Positions 40,301-48,107 of a DNA stretch of 64,000 nt are shown piece after piece; the first letter of the stretch is position 1, and the number at the start of each line of letters is the position of its first letter. Location of the stretch: positions 3,296,001 to 3,360,000 of the forward strand of contig CAXXLX010000001.1 in NCBI GenBank assembly GCA_963665235.2. The letters are read 5' to 3'. The stretch is from Candidatus Poribacteria bacterium (GTDB lineage: Bacteria; Poribacteria; WGA-4E; WGA-3G). The position numbers and the translations under genes were made by a program. Under the pieces are notes generated by a model. It searched no databases. It was not told the DNA's origin and was given only the letters and a program-made list of their open reading frames with translations.

Positions 40301-43300
40301 CCCGCCTCAATCAGCACGAAAAAGCCTCTCAAGTGTGGACAGCACTCCTCGAGGCCGACCCAGAAAATACAAGGTATCAGGATGGGCTCGTCAACAGTCT
40401 GCAAAATGCTGGTAAACTGAACGAGGCATTTGAACTCGCGCAGAAATACATTCAAACTGAACCGGAGGTCGGTGTCCATTACGTACGACTTGCAAAACTC
40501 TATGCAGCTGATGATAAGGTAGACGAAGCTATTGCCACCTATGAAAAAGCACTCGAATTTTCACCCGGAGACCGTCAAATTTATCTGAAGTTAGGGGACC
40601 TTTATCTTCTCAATGATGACATGGCGGCTGCTGAAAACGCATTCAGGAACGCCATTCAATTTACCGCATCAGAATGGGAACGGCAACGGACTGAACGGAA
40701 ATTGATAGGACTCTATCGCTCCCAGGGAAAGTTAGCAGCGATGCTACAGAAGGCTGAAGCTGAAGGCACACTCACTTATGAGATGCAAAAGGAATATGCC
40801 AAGCACTATCAGAATGTAGGCAATCTCGAAAAGGCGGCTGATGCCTACAAAAAAGTCCTCGACATGACAACGCAAAACTACCAACGACAGGACGTTATCT
40901 CCACGTTAATTGACATATATGCCAAACTTAACAAGAACGACGCAGCACTACAACTCTACGAAGCTGAAGTCCTCGCGAATCCCGGGTCGGCAACTAGGTC
41001 AACGAGTTATGGTCAGTCCGGTATTACAATTAACTTCACTAACGATGAAATACGCAAGGCTTTAGTTAAAACGTATAAAGAGCAAGGAAAATTAGACTCA
41101 TTGAAAACTATCTTTGAGGATAGACAGGAGAAAGAACCGGGGAACGTTCCTGTAATTGAGATGCTTGCTGAGATTTACCGCAATGCAGACAACCACCAAA
41201 AGGCAGCCGAAGCCTACCAGAAACTTTCCAAAGTGCTATCCGGCCCTAAGAAAGTCCACACTGCTTACGATGCCGCTATCGCACTTCATAAAAGCGGACA
41301 ACCCGAATTGGCGAAGGCACAACTTAAGAAAGCCGAAGCCGCGCTTCAAGTCAGCAGTCGAAAACAGGACGACTCATTTCTCGCCGCGCTCGCTACCTTA
41401 TGTCTTAAGAATCAGATGTACGACAGTGCTATTGAACTCGCTGACGCAGCAGTCACTGAAATGCAACGTTCCGGGGACACCTGGGTACAGGAATATTTTT
41501 ACGAGCTGCTTGGGAAAAGCTACCTCGGTGCCAAACGTTATGAGGAGGCTTTTGCAGCATATCGGCAGATGGCAAATAGTGCTGACGATAGCTACACACG
41601 AGATAGGGCGGAAACGGAAATGGATAAAATCGCCAAAGCGCACAACCTCTATGAAAAATGGATACCTGAACAACTTAAGCAGGTTCAGGAGAACCCTGAC
41701 GATGTCAACGCACGGTTGGAACTTGCTGAAAGTTACGAATACACCAAAAAAATCAAAGAAACCGTTGAGCAGTACGAAAAACTTGCCGAACTGCAACCTG
41801 ATAACGTACAGTGGTACAAAAAATTAGCAGACCTTTATCAAAAGCCAGAGAGCCTCGAGACAGGCGAAGTCATTGAAGGCACTGCCCTTACGCTCGACGG
41901 AAATCGGAGTTTCGTCGAAATCGGTGATAGCGAGTCTTTAAACAACATTACGGAACAGTTGACGGTATCTGCCTGGATTAAACCTGTGAGTTTCCCACAA
42001 AGATATGTCCCCATAATTTATAAAGGAGACAAGCGAACCCCAGATATTACCAATCGCAGCTTCACACTCTGGCTGCGGGATGACAAGAGAATTCAATTCT
42101 CTACCTCTCCGGGGGGGCAAGCAGAAAAATACATTTTTTCGCCATCAGGGACAATCCAGCTAAACAGATGGTATCACGTAGCAGGGATCATTGACCCTAA
42201 AAGAGATGTCATCAAACTATTTATAGATGGAATTGAGGTCGCAAGGACAAATGTTAACGGCAAGGAAAGTATCCATAAAAGCGAACACCCACTTCGGATT
42301 GGCGGTTCACACGAAGAAGAGGTAACTACCCACGCCTCCTTTGCCGGACAAATTGATGAGGTGCGTGTCTGGAACATTGCACGCACTGAAGACCAAATCC
42401 GCGCCGATATGAACAGACAACTCAACGGCGACGAACCCGGCCTAGTCGGATATTGGAAATTTGACGCGGAAACGGAAGACGTTATTACCGACCACTCCCC
42501 TAACGAAAACAGTGGTAAACGCATTGGAGAGACCGAACTTGAGCCTTATACCCGCCCAGTTTTCGAGGTCTTAAAAAATGAGAAATTACCACACATAGAC
42601 AATGCTTATGAAAAGGCGATTGAACTTGAACCCACCTCATACCAACTTTACGATGGATGGGCAAAGTTCTATGTCAAAACGAACGACACAGCAAGTGCAG
42701 AAGCGGTATATCGCCAGGCATTGGAGGTTTCGCTAACACAGAGTGAACACGATTCAGCAATTCAGGGTATTGTCGGCCTCTATCCCGGCGAGGAACAAAA
42801 GGATAAGCGCATCGCCATTCTTGAAGAGCTCAAACCGAAAATGAAAAAAAGTGCTGTCCTGCACGAACTTCTGGGGGCCCTCTACGAAAAAATAGGCGAT
42901 TCTGAAAAAGCAAATATCGCCTACGACCGATGGGTGAAAATGCGGGAAAGGGAGTTGAACCGTGGAGATAGTGCATCAAGCTACCGTAGTTTTGCGAATA
43001 CACTCATGGAGAAAGACCGCTATCCAGAAATGGCACTCAAATTCGCAAAACGCGCATCACAAAGATATACCGGTTCCAGCCAATACCAATACCTTGCAAC
43101 ACTTGGACAGGCTTATATTGCTAATGAACTTTATGATACCGCCCTAAAACATTTCAAACAGGCACTAAATACTATATCCTCCGAGTATGCATCGGACCAA
43201 TTTTGGAGACAGGTCGCTAACGCAAACAAGAACGTTAAGGACAAAGAACGTTATCTTCAAATGCTTGAAACGTTGATAAATACTACGCCATTGGAAAACG

Positions 43301-44520
43301 CAAGTAGTCGGGCAAATGTTTACCGTGTCCTCGCTCAATTCTATAGTGAAAACGATACACCTGAGAACGTGGAAAGCTACCTCTTAGCAAAAACAGGTTT
43401 TGTCCCTGAAACCCGTTGGCTAACGCTCGGACCGTTCAAAAACATAGACTCGCACGGCGTTTTGTATGCTTACATCCCTGAAGAGACTACACGCATCGAT
43501 ACAACAGCGAAATATTATGGGGAAGATGGCCTCATCAGTTGGAAAAAATCGAAAGATGAGTTATTAGATGGTCATTACGTTTTTTCCTATGATGACGATT
43601 GGAGCGCGGCCTATGTATGGGCAATTCTTATCTCACCCGATGAACGCGACATTGTCATGCGATTTGATAGCGACGACCAGGGAACAGTCTGGTTAAACGG
43701 AAAACAGGTTTTTAGGCATGATAGAACAAGTGGAACAAGAATTGACCGATACACCATTCCTGTCTCCTTGAAGCAGGGAGAAAATACTATCCTTATCAAG
43801 GTTTGCAATGCAAGAATGACCTGGGATTTTTATATGCGCCTTACGGATGCCGATGGCATCCCGTTTAGCGACCTGAAATTCAAAACTGCGGATGAATTGC
43901 TAAACGCACCGCCGCCTGAACCAACATTCCACGTAAATGCTGTCCTCGGCCTGGCTGAATACTACAGTAAAAACAACATGCCCGACAAGGCAATGGAACA
44001 GATGCTACAAACTGGCATCATTCATGAAGATGCGTGGTTGATCCTCGGCCCCTTTGACAATTCCGGCGGAGTTGGGCACAATACCGCTTATATTCCGGAA
44101 GACACAGCACAAATTGACGTAACCGCCGAATATGAGGGGGTAGCAGGCCAGATTCGTTGGAACAAATCAACCGATAACGTTTTCGACGGTTTTATCGATC
44201 TGGGCAAGGATGTCAATTGGTCTGTCTCTTATGCATGGGCAACCGTAACCTCGCCCGACGAACGGGAAGTGCAATTCAGATTTGGTAGCGATGATCAGGG
44301 AAAAATATGGTTAAATGGCAAAGAGGTATTCGCCAACCCAGAGGGTGGATGGGCAGTCCTTGATAGAGACGTTATCCCAGTGACACTTAAGGCAGGCAAA
44401 AACAGTGTCCTTGTCAAAGTCTGCAACGGAGAATTGAGCTGGGGATTCTTCTTCCGAATTACGGACACGGATGGCAACCCCTTTGAAGATTTGAAAATCA
44501 ACGACCCGCAAGACAATTAA
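34321..44520 (+). CDS. Giant (3399 aa) exported TPR-repeat protein with a LamG domain and two C-terminal beta-sandwich (PA14-like) domains
   Basis: Signal peptide ending AHA; dozens of TPRs; LamG (TVSAWIKP...WYHVA...FAGQIDEVRVWN); duplicated W..LGPF.N...SDDQG..WLNG...LK.G.N..L.KVCN domain. Confidence 0.88.
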   Translation: MMFSREKSPIIVCLLFLIVCPFCFLSIAHAQDETSDAKVIERYKLMLNRKPKEGSTFDRVYQFYLEGAGLDAMLSDYQTEALANPNNFNVQLILGHLYKRLGKDAEAVAAYQHAVQLAPDSYYPHFALGQMQAALRQHEEAIGELTKAATLSEQAQNVSLEELTAIYKALGHAYFRRDNVEDAIQAWQKISELNPQDIFARIELADLFREQELYEQAISQHETIIQQKQDDPYRVCLSHREIGNIHQAKGDYRAAVQSYDAALALTAPGNWLRKDLQHRIIGIYAADSNWEGLIKYYQGKLEATPNEPELLGLLAAASIENQQLEEGISTYRKGLELAPTDTNLRLNLIASLRNAEKFEDAAAEYEKLSEQAPDDFGIYRELGELYLQLGNRDKAKAVYQKMIERAPNSAGTHLILAEIYAGHEWLDDAIAQYEKASSLEPNNLDYIEYFGEFYFRQGNREKALDTWNRMVAGDKNTAENHAQLAQLLNAKNFKTEAVAAIRKAVALMPDEYRYRETLANQLMEHKEYDEALTEYTAAMKLAPNPFFAEKMDDQRIELYRRQGTLLEKIELLEAELEKPGLSDTEQFTNYKQLTKMSLKLTNITYALEVLLKAKALQPDDVVVNRWLADIYTRQGRRNEANAIYTHLIAIDTANAREYHANIAKSYLNVMDFEAATTAAKQVIAHSPRNPEGHQLLAQIAKQSKNYDTAIDSLKQAIRLRPEAIDTRAELADIYKLSGNLHQALSQYWRCWDLSGSVSDKLTFVKPLSEIYYDLGRRGEFEEKLKQLAKSNTTGVGPVLALAELYRMEGDLPSARFQLAQALNKQRENPELLSHLVQISIALGNVQDALTYQQRLVKANPDATNQQRLGELLFDAGREQEAIQAWTKLLHAKNRTLEAEIKLAALLLRHGLSEEAFFVLDRAAEKIAGTDAHIPLYRLGAMLVGMNEPERARTYFQRILEMPEPTIDAKNQKTTKPTIYTASTIPGVDINKFEIARGNISRIQSKPTFTGGGTAWIPKTFEETQAAALVHLTTIAQRQGKLPQLVQHFEANAEANPTDIKALETLVQLYTLVQYNDKAEKTIDRLIEISPNDAAYQPLRVHRAVRENLNYETFKKSLDEIPGLVPEARLRYTAEYAQLLSRSDKKDDAIKLMQEIEDVNVTDISTGFMLVEAFLMMDKTDSAEKILLNLPIPPQKQQQQYQRLFERLTDAYIDQGELDKTAALFWVFCERTKPNTINSRRVAALPQSSYYYGGYRPIQTSYPTTTVYFNRSRLNYLQSIFREFWMREQQETLYTKFRTELDAAKGRDRIYPSLALSYCYWWAEKRDKAQKVLSTLQQEFPDDLTLKLNTAFVSIQNGKHGEALKMITDLAEIEPRNRQQYRNLLLQLAIRTGDSVSLRALITKLLNSAVGAQELYQLSQTLQNAGFTQYAISAGKKAMTLAMAQRNPNFLIDLAEHLGRLGRGQDAARLAERALRFASQTDRYGRTMYSWNMRQAVSLTSHSKNMQEREKRFIAEAQKNPEAFQAQLKLAMFYENTNQIEKASQGFKKALELQPKDSITRLRYVRMLERAGKAMEALPEYTTLLKNDSTALGYDYEKAIDAFVAAGEIDALISLTKELILPVGQYAGNDFTQKVARRCLTENRPDAAIEIFEKILQVHPSWDYIHRELAAAYLTAGNSEKAIQYLTEKYELGKTSLSETEFQLKIAEFHEAAGGRESAIQFLREQTETGGESTVVFKLAEYYEVSGELENFIAEYEAKLAENPSATKLLYILTTLKIKADDIEGATAHVTTLIDNALMSINTQWLYNLADASDKANAHPLQFRLLEAAAEKLERQNSWKLADCYEKLGEAYAKRGEQEKAQNALRKMGTLQTMEDSSQSVYEKRGLASTYMRHEMWDDAEKLLTEIINDLSASSYERERAQEQFMQIKQNRDKHATAKELAKKTEDLDIGMQRAMAKEFMQQNQLEEAVEIFERITETMPEDLESRAQLATLYSRLNQHEKASQVWTALLEADPENTRYQDGLVNSLQNAGKLNEAFELAQKYIQTEPEVGVHYVRLAKLYAADDKVDEAIATYEKALEFSPGDRQIYLKLGDLYLLNDDMAAAENAFRNAIQFTASEWERQRTERKLIGLYRSQGKLAAMLQKAEAEGTLTYEMQKEYAKHYQNVGNLEKAADAYKKVLDMTTQNYQRQDVISTLIDIYAKLNKNDAALQLYEAEVLANPGSATRSTSYGQSGITINFTNDEIRKALVKTYKEQGKLDSLKTIFEDRQEKEPGNVPVIEMLAEIYRNADNHQKAAEAYQKLSKVLSGPKKVHTAYDAAIALHKSGQPELAKAQLKKAEAALQVSSRKQDDSFLAALATLCLKNQMYDSAIELADAAVTEMQRSGDTWVQEYFYELLGKSYLGAKRYEEAFAAYRQMANSADDSYTRDRAETEMDKIAKAHNLYEKWIPEQLKQVQENPDDVNARLELAESYEYTKKIKETVEQYEKLAELQPDNVQWYKKLADLYQKPESLETGEVIEGTALTLDGNRSFVEIGDSESLNNITEQLTVSAWIKPVSFPQRYVPIIYKGDKRTPDITNRSFTLWLRDDKRIQFSTSPGGQAEKYIFSPSGTIQLNRWYHVAGIIDPKRDVIKLFIDGIEVARTNVNGKESIHKSEHPLRIGGSHEEEVTTHASFAGQIDEVRVWNIARTEDQIRADMNRQLNGDEPGLVGYWKFDAETEDVITDHSPNENSGKRIGETELEPYTRPVFEVLKNEKLPHIDNAYEKAIELEPTSYQLYDGWAKFYVKTNDTASAEAVYRQALEVSLTQSEHDSAIQGIVGLYPGEEQKDKRIAILEELKPKMKKSAVLHELLGALYEKIGDSEKANIAYDRWVKMRERELNRGDSASSYRSFANTLMEKDRYPEMALKFAKRASQRYTGSSQYQYLATLGQAYIANELYDTALKHFKQALNTISSEYASDQFWRQVANANKNVKDKERYLQMLETLINTTPLENASSRANVYRVLAQFYSENDTPENVESYLLAKTGFVPETRWLTLGPFKNIDSHGVLYAYIPEETTRIDTTAKYYGEDGLISWKKSKDELLDGHYVFSYDDDWSAAYVWAILISPDERDIVMRFDSDDQGTVWLNGKQVFRHDRTSGTRIDRYTIPVSLKQGENTILIKVCNARMTWDFYMRLTDADGIPFSDLKFKTADELLNAPPPEPTFHVNAVLGLAEYYSKNNMPDKAMEQMLQTGIIHEDAWLILGPFDNSGGVGHNTAYIPEDTAQIDVTAEYEGVAGQIRWNKSTDNVFDGFIDLGKDVNWSVSYAWATVTSPDEREVQFRFGSDDQGKIWLNGKEVFANPEGGWAVLDRDVIPVTLKAGKNSVLVKVCNGELSWGFFFRITDTDGNPFEDLKINDPQDN

Positions 44521-45088
44521 AGAGGCGGACCTATCAATTTTTAAAAGTTGCATTAAAAACAGTTGTTTGATACACTATACCGAACAGGCAGTCCATTTCA
44601 ATTTGTGCCCATTCCAGAAAACTATTTTCTTGACTGATGGCGCGAAATTTTTGAATCGACTTTAAATTGCATGGGGGGACCCGACAGTGAGAAACACATC
44701 GCTTTTCAGAAATGAACAGATCCGATATTTGTCGTTCGTTCCAGGATGTTTTGGGCCTGTCCCTACCGGATGTGTTTTAACTAATAGTTTACCCCCCCCC
44801 ATTTATAATTTTACATTTGTTAGATTTATACCACGAGGTAGTGTCGCAGGATTTACAAACTCAAACTGCGATACCTTTACACCCGCACGTGCACACTTCG
44901 CTTTTTTATCGAGTGTTCAGTGCGGTTTTTTGTTTGCATTGCGGACATTTGCAATGCTTCGCTCTCTCATTGAGAGAAAAATCCGAGCAGGCGCGGCACG
45001 AAATCCGCCTCCTGCAACGTTCATCCCATGCATTTGTAATGGGAACTGATAAAATACCATTACTAAAAGTAATAGGAGGTACATACCA

Positions 45089-45877
45089 ATGGTACGTTCG
45101 ATAATGTTTTCGCTCTTAGTAATACTCATGTTAATCACGGTTAGCACCATCACGGCAGGACTTCAAGATGGCATCGTGGTCTACTTCACGTTTGACGACG
45201 TTAGTGGTAAGACAATTCGGGATAGTTCTGGTAACGGTCTCGATGCGAACATCGTCGCGAATACTGAGATTGTCAAAGGCAAAAATGGCAATGCCATCAA
45301 GATTACTGCTGCAGGTGCCGATTGTGTGAACGTCCCCGCCGATGAAAAATTGAAAATCAGCGGAGAAATCACAATGGCAGCCTGGGTCTATCACGGCGCA
45401 TGGAATAAAGATGTCCAGTGGTTTGACAAAAACTGCCACAACGGCGGTGAGCATACATCCTACGGCATCGGTGTTTTCGGCGACGGTAATAATTTCAATA
45501 TGTTCTTAGGTTCAGACCAAAATCGGCAAACCTTGAACAAACCGCACGCGCTGAAAACAGACACGTGGCATTATGTCGTTGGCACCTACGATGGTGACGC
45601 GATGAAAATCTACGTCGATGGTAAGCTCGCTGTAGAAGAGGCTAAGAAGTTTAACTTTACTGGCACCAACGACCAAGATTTACGCATCGGTTGTTCAAAA
45701 GATCGAGCAAACTATACGTTTGAGAACGGTATGGTTGACGACGCTGCTATTTGGAGCCGCGCCCTCAGCGAAGCCGAAATCAATGAGGCGATGAACGGCG
45801 GTCTCCTCGACGTTTCACCCCAAAATAAGGCCGCCACAACGTGGGGCAGTATTAAGCAAAGAGCTGACGTGCATTAA
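45089..45877 (+). CDS. Exported LamG-like jellyroll domain protein
   Basis: Signal peptide, YFTFDD, ITMAAWV, WHYVVGTYDG, GMVDDAAIW; C-terminal DVSPQNKAATTWGSIK motif. Confidence 0.88.
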   Translation: MVRSIMFSLLVILMLITVSTITAGLQDGIVVYFTFDDVSGKTIRDSSGNGLDANIVANTEIVKGKNGNAIKITAAGADCVNVPADEKLKISGEITMAAWVYHGAWNKDVQWFDKNCHNGGEHTSYGIGVFGDGNNFNMFLGSDQNRQTLNKPHALKTDTWHYVVGTYDGDAMKIYVDGKLAVEEAKKFNFTGTNDQDLRIGCSKDRANYTFENGMVDDAAIWSRALSEAEINEAMNGGLLDVSPQNKAATTWGSIKQRADVH

Positions 45878-45898
45878 CCCTTTACTTTCACCTAATTA

Positions 45899-45938
45899 AA
45901 CGGCACAGGGTTCTAAAATCCGTGTGCCGTTTTTTTTC
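45899..45938 (+). terminator. Rho-independent terminator
   Basis: AACGGCACA...TGTGCCGTT hairpin followed by a T-run. Confidence 0.8.
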
Positions 45939-46010
45939 GTAATTCTCCCCCCGTTTTGATATGCTGCGATAGTTTCCCCTATTCCATAGAGCCTCTTACT
46001 ATAGACTTTC

Positions 46011-46403
46011 TTGACATACTCTCCCAGCTAAAGCAAGGGAGATTCTTTTAAAAAGTTCCGCTACGCGTTAGCTATTGGATTGTGGTTTTCAGACGTGTGA
46101 ACGTCCGAGGTCCCACCGAGGACATCCTCAACGGAGATGCTTGGGCTGTTCCAAGTCTTACTGCCCCTAACTCAAAGGACAAGGTTTCCCTGCCCTCGTG
46201 CTTCGCACCTTCTTTATGCTTGTGAATCAGTGCTTTGGTATCCAATGCAGCATGACCCGTCTTTTGGATACCGAAAGCAAAGCACAAAAATGTGGATATT
46301 GACTGGGTATCGCCAGAACATCAGCACACAACCCTACCATAGGTTGAGGTTCGGAACTTCAACATTGGTGGCGTTGAAGGTGGTAATCCGAACCACTGAT
46401 GAT
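46011..46403 (-). ncRNA. Candidate large structured ncRNA (omegaRNA/reRNA-like) inside the IS200/IS605 derivative
   Basis: Downstream of a consensus promoter; many nested stems; no credible ORF. Confidence 0.5.
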
Positions 46404-46409
46404 ATATAT

Positions 46410-46438
46410 ATTATACCACATTTTAATGCAAAAGTCAA
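46410..46438 (-). promoter_or_regulatory. Near-consensus sigma-70 promoter inside the element
   Basis: Minus strand TTGACT-N17-TATAAT. Confidence 0.75.
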
Positions 46439-46632
46439 ATTAAAAACATAAGCTTATGTTCCTACTACATCCCCCAGCTAAAGCACGGGGGTTTTGTAGC
46501 GGGAGACTTGATAAACCAACAGTTTCCATAAGTCAGCAACTATTATTGCATCATCCGATAAAACGTTGTATAATAAACATATCAGGAAAAACATAACCTT
46601 TCAAAAAATTGACAAATATAGAGGAGCATATC

Positions 46633-48084
46633 ATGGCAAACATAACACTTCAAAAAATTGACGAATATCGTTGGCGCATTCCAAAAAGTTATATGAAAGG
46701 CATGCGTGTAGATGGGATTGTCTATGCCAACGACAAGCTTCTGCAACAAGCAAAAAGCGATGAAGCGTTGCAACAGGTCGCAAACGTCGCGCATCTGCCC
46801 GGTATTGTCAAGCATTCGCTTGCAATGCCAGATTTGCACTGGGGTTACGGTTTCGTTATCGGTGGTGTTGCCGCAACCGACCCGAAGGCGGACGGCGTTG
46901 TTTCGCCCGGCGGCATCGGATACGACATCAACTGTGGCGTTCGCCTCATCCGGACCAATCTTGACATCTCACAACTAGAGGGTAAAAGGAAAGCACTCGT
47001 TGACAAGTTGTTCGACAATGTCCCGTGTGGCGTTGGCTCCAGTGGAAAAATTCGGCTCACTGTCCAAGAGGAGCGACAGATGTTAGAAAAGGGGGCATTG
47101 TGGGCAATTGAACGTGAATACGGTCACCCAGACGACCTCAACTTCACGGAGGCTACTGGCACCCTACACCATGCAAACGCCGATGCGGCAAGTCAACGCG
47201 CCTTAGAGCGTGGCAAAAATCAGCTCGGTACCCTCGGGTCGGGCAACCATTTCCTTGAGGTACAGGCAGTGGACCGCATTTTTCACCGTGAAGCCGCCGA
47301 TGCGATGGGGTTAAGTGAAGGCAATATCTGTGTCATGATTCACACCGGCTCACGTGGTTTCGGCTACCAAATTTGTGATGAACACGTCAAGAGCTGGGTC
47401 AAAGTTGCCGAAAGATACGGCATCAACCTCCCTGACCGGCAGCTTGCATCCGCACCGATTAATTCACCGGAGGGGCAGGATTACATCACCGCAATGGCAT
47501 GCAGTGCAAACTATGCATGGAACAATCGGCAATGTATCATGCACCTCGTTCGCCAGACCTTCATGCAGTTTTTTGACACAACAGAAGATGAACTCGGTTT
47601 AGAGCTGGTCTACGACGTAGCGCATAACATCGGGAAGTTTGAAAAACACACCGTTGATGGCGAAGAACGTGAATTGTTTATCCATCGCAAAGGGGCAACC
47701 CGTGCCTTCCCGGCGGGACATCCAGAAATTCCTGAAAAATATCAGAAAGTCGGGCAGCCTGTACTGATTCCCGGCGATATGGGAACGGCCTCTTACGTGC
47801 TAGTCGGTAATCCCGGTGCAATGGCAGAGACATGGGGGACAACCTGCCACGGTGCCGGTAGAGTCTTATCGCGTCGGAAGGCAGTTGCCTTAACAAAAGA
47901 TAGGTCTATCCAAGCGGACCTTGAAGCGAAAGGCATCTTCGTTCGTGCGGAAGGCAAGCGCACCCTCCAAGAAGAGGTCCCCGAGGCTTACAAGGATGTA
48001 GATGAAGTTGTCCGTGTCGTTGATGAGGCAGGGCTCTCACGCCGTGTGGCCCGGCTGCGTCCGATAGGTGTTGTGAAGGGTTGA
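46633..48084 (+). CDS. rtcB: RNA-splicing/repair ligase RtcB
   Basis: MPDLHWGYG, GYDINCG, GTLGSGNHF, HTGSRG, HN, HRKGAT, HGAGR, AYKDV. Confidence 0.96.
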   Translation: MANITLQKIDEYRWRIPKSYMKGMRVDGIVYANDKLLQQAKSDEALQQVANVAHLPGIVKHSLAMPDLHWGYGFVIGGVAATDPKADGVVSPGGIGYDINCGVRLIRTNLDISQLEGKRKALVDKLFDNVPCGVGSSGKIRLTVQEERQMLEKGALWAIEREYGHPDDLNFTEATGTLHHANADAASQRALERGKNQLGTLGSGNHFLEVQAVDRIFHREAADAMGLSEGNICVMIHTGSRGFGYQICDEHVKSWVKVAERYGINLPDRQLASAPINSPEGQDYITAMACSANYAWNNRQCIMHLVRQTFMQFFDTTEDELGLELVYDVAHNIGKFEKHTVDGEERELFIHRKGATRAFPAGHPEIPEKYQKVGQPVLIPGDMGTASYVLVGNPGAMAETWGTTCHGAGRVLSRRKAVALTKDRSIQADLEAKGIFVRAEGKRTLQEEVPEAYKDVDEVVRVVDEAGLSRRVARLRPIGVVKG

Positions 48085-48107
48085 AGCTTCACGACATGGA
48101 GGGAAAA

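Larger units (their letters stand above)
46011..46510 (-). mobile_element. 500-bp non-autonomous IS200/IS605-family derivative (no tnpA or tnpB)
   Basis: Two related subterminal hairpins (CCCAGCTAAAGCA.GGG on the + strand); minus-strand right end ...GGGAGAGTATGTCAA; left end preceded by TTTAT. Confidence 0.8.

Noticed and set aside
46011-46403. Group I intron (IStron) or tmRNA/RNase P/SRP identity for the structured region
   Set aside because: I could not find the conserved core sequences of any of these by eye; a covariance-model search is needed to exclude them formally.
46072-46451. Short ORFs 46072-46287 (-) and 46137-46451 (+) as TnpA/TnpB remnants
   Set aside because: No HUH, RuvC or zinc-ribbon motifs and no RBS; more consistent with incidental ORFs in structured RNA.
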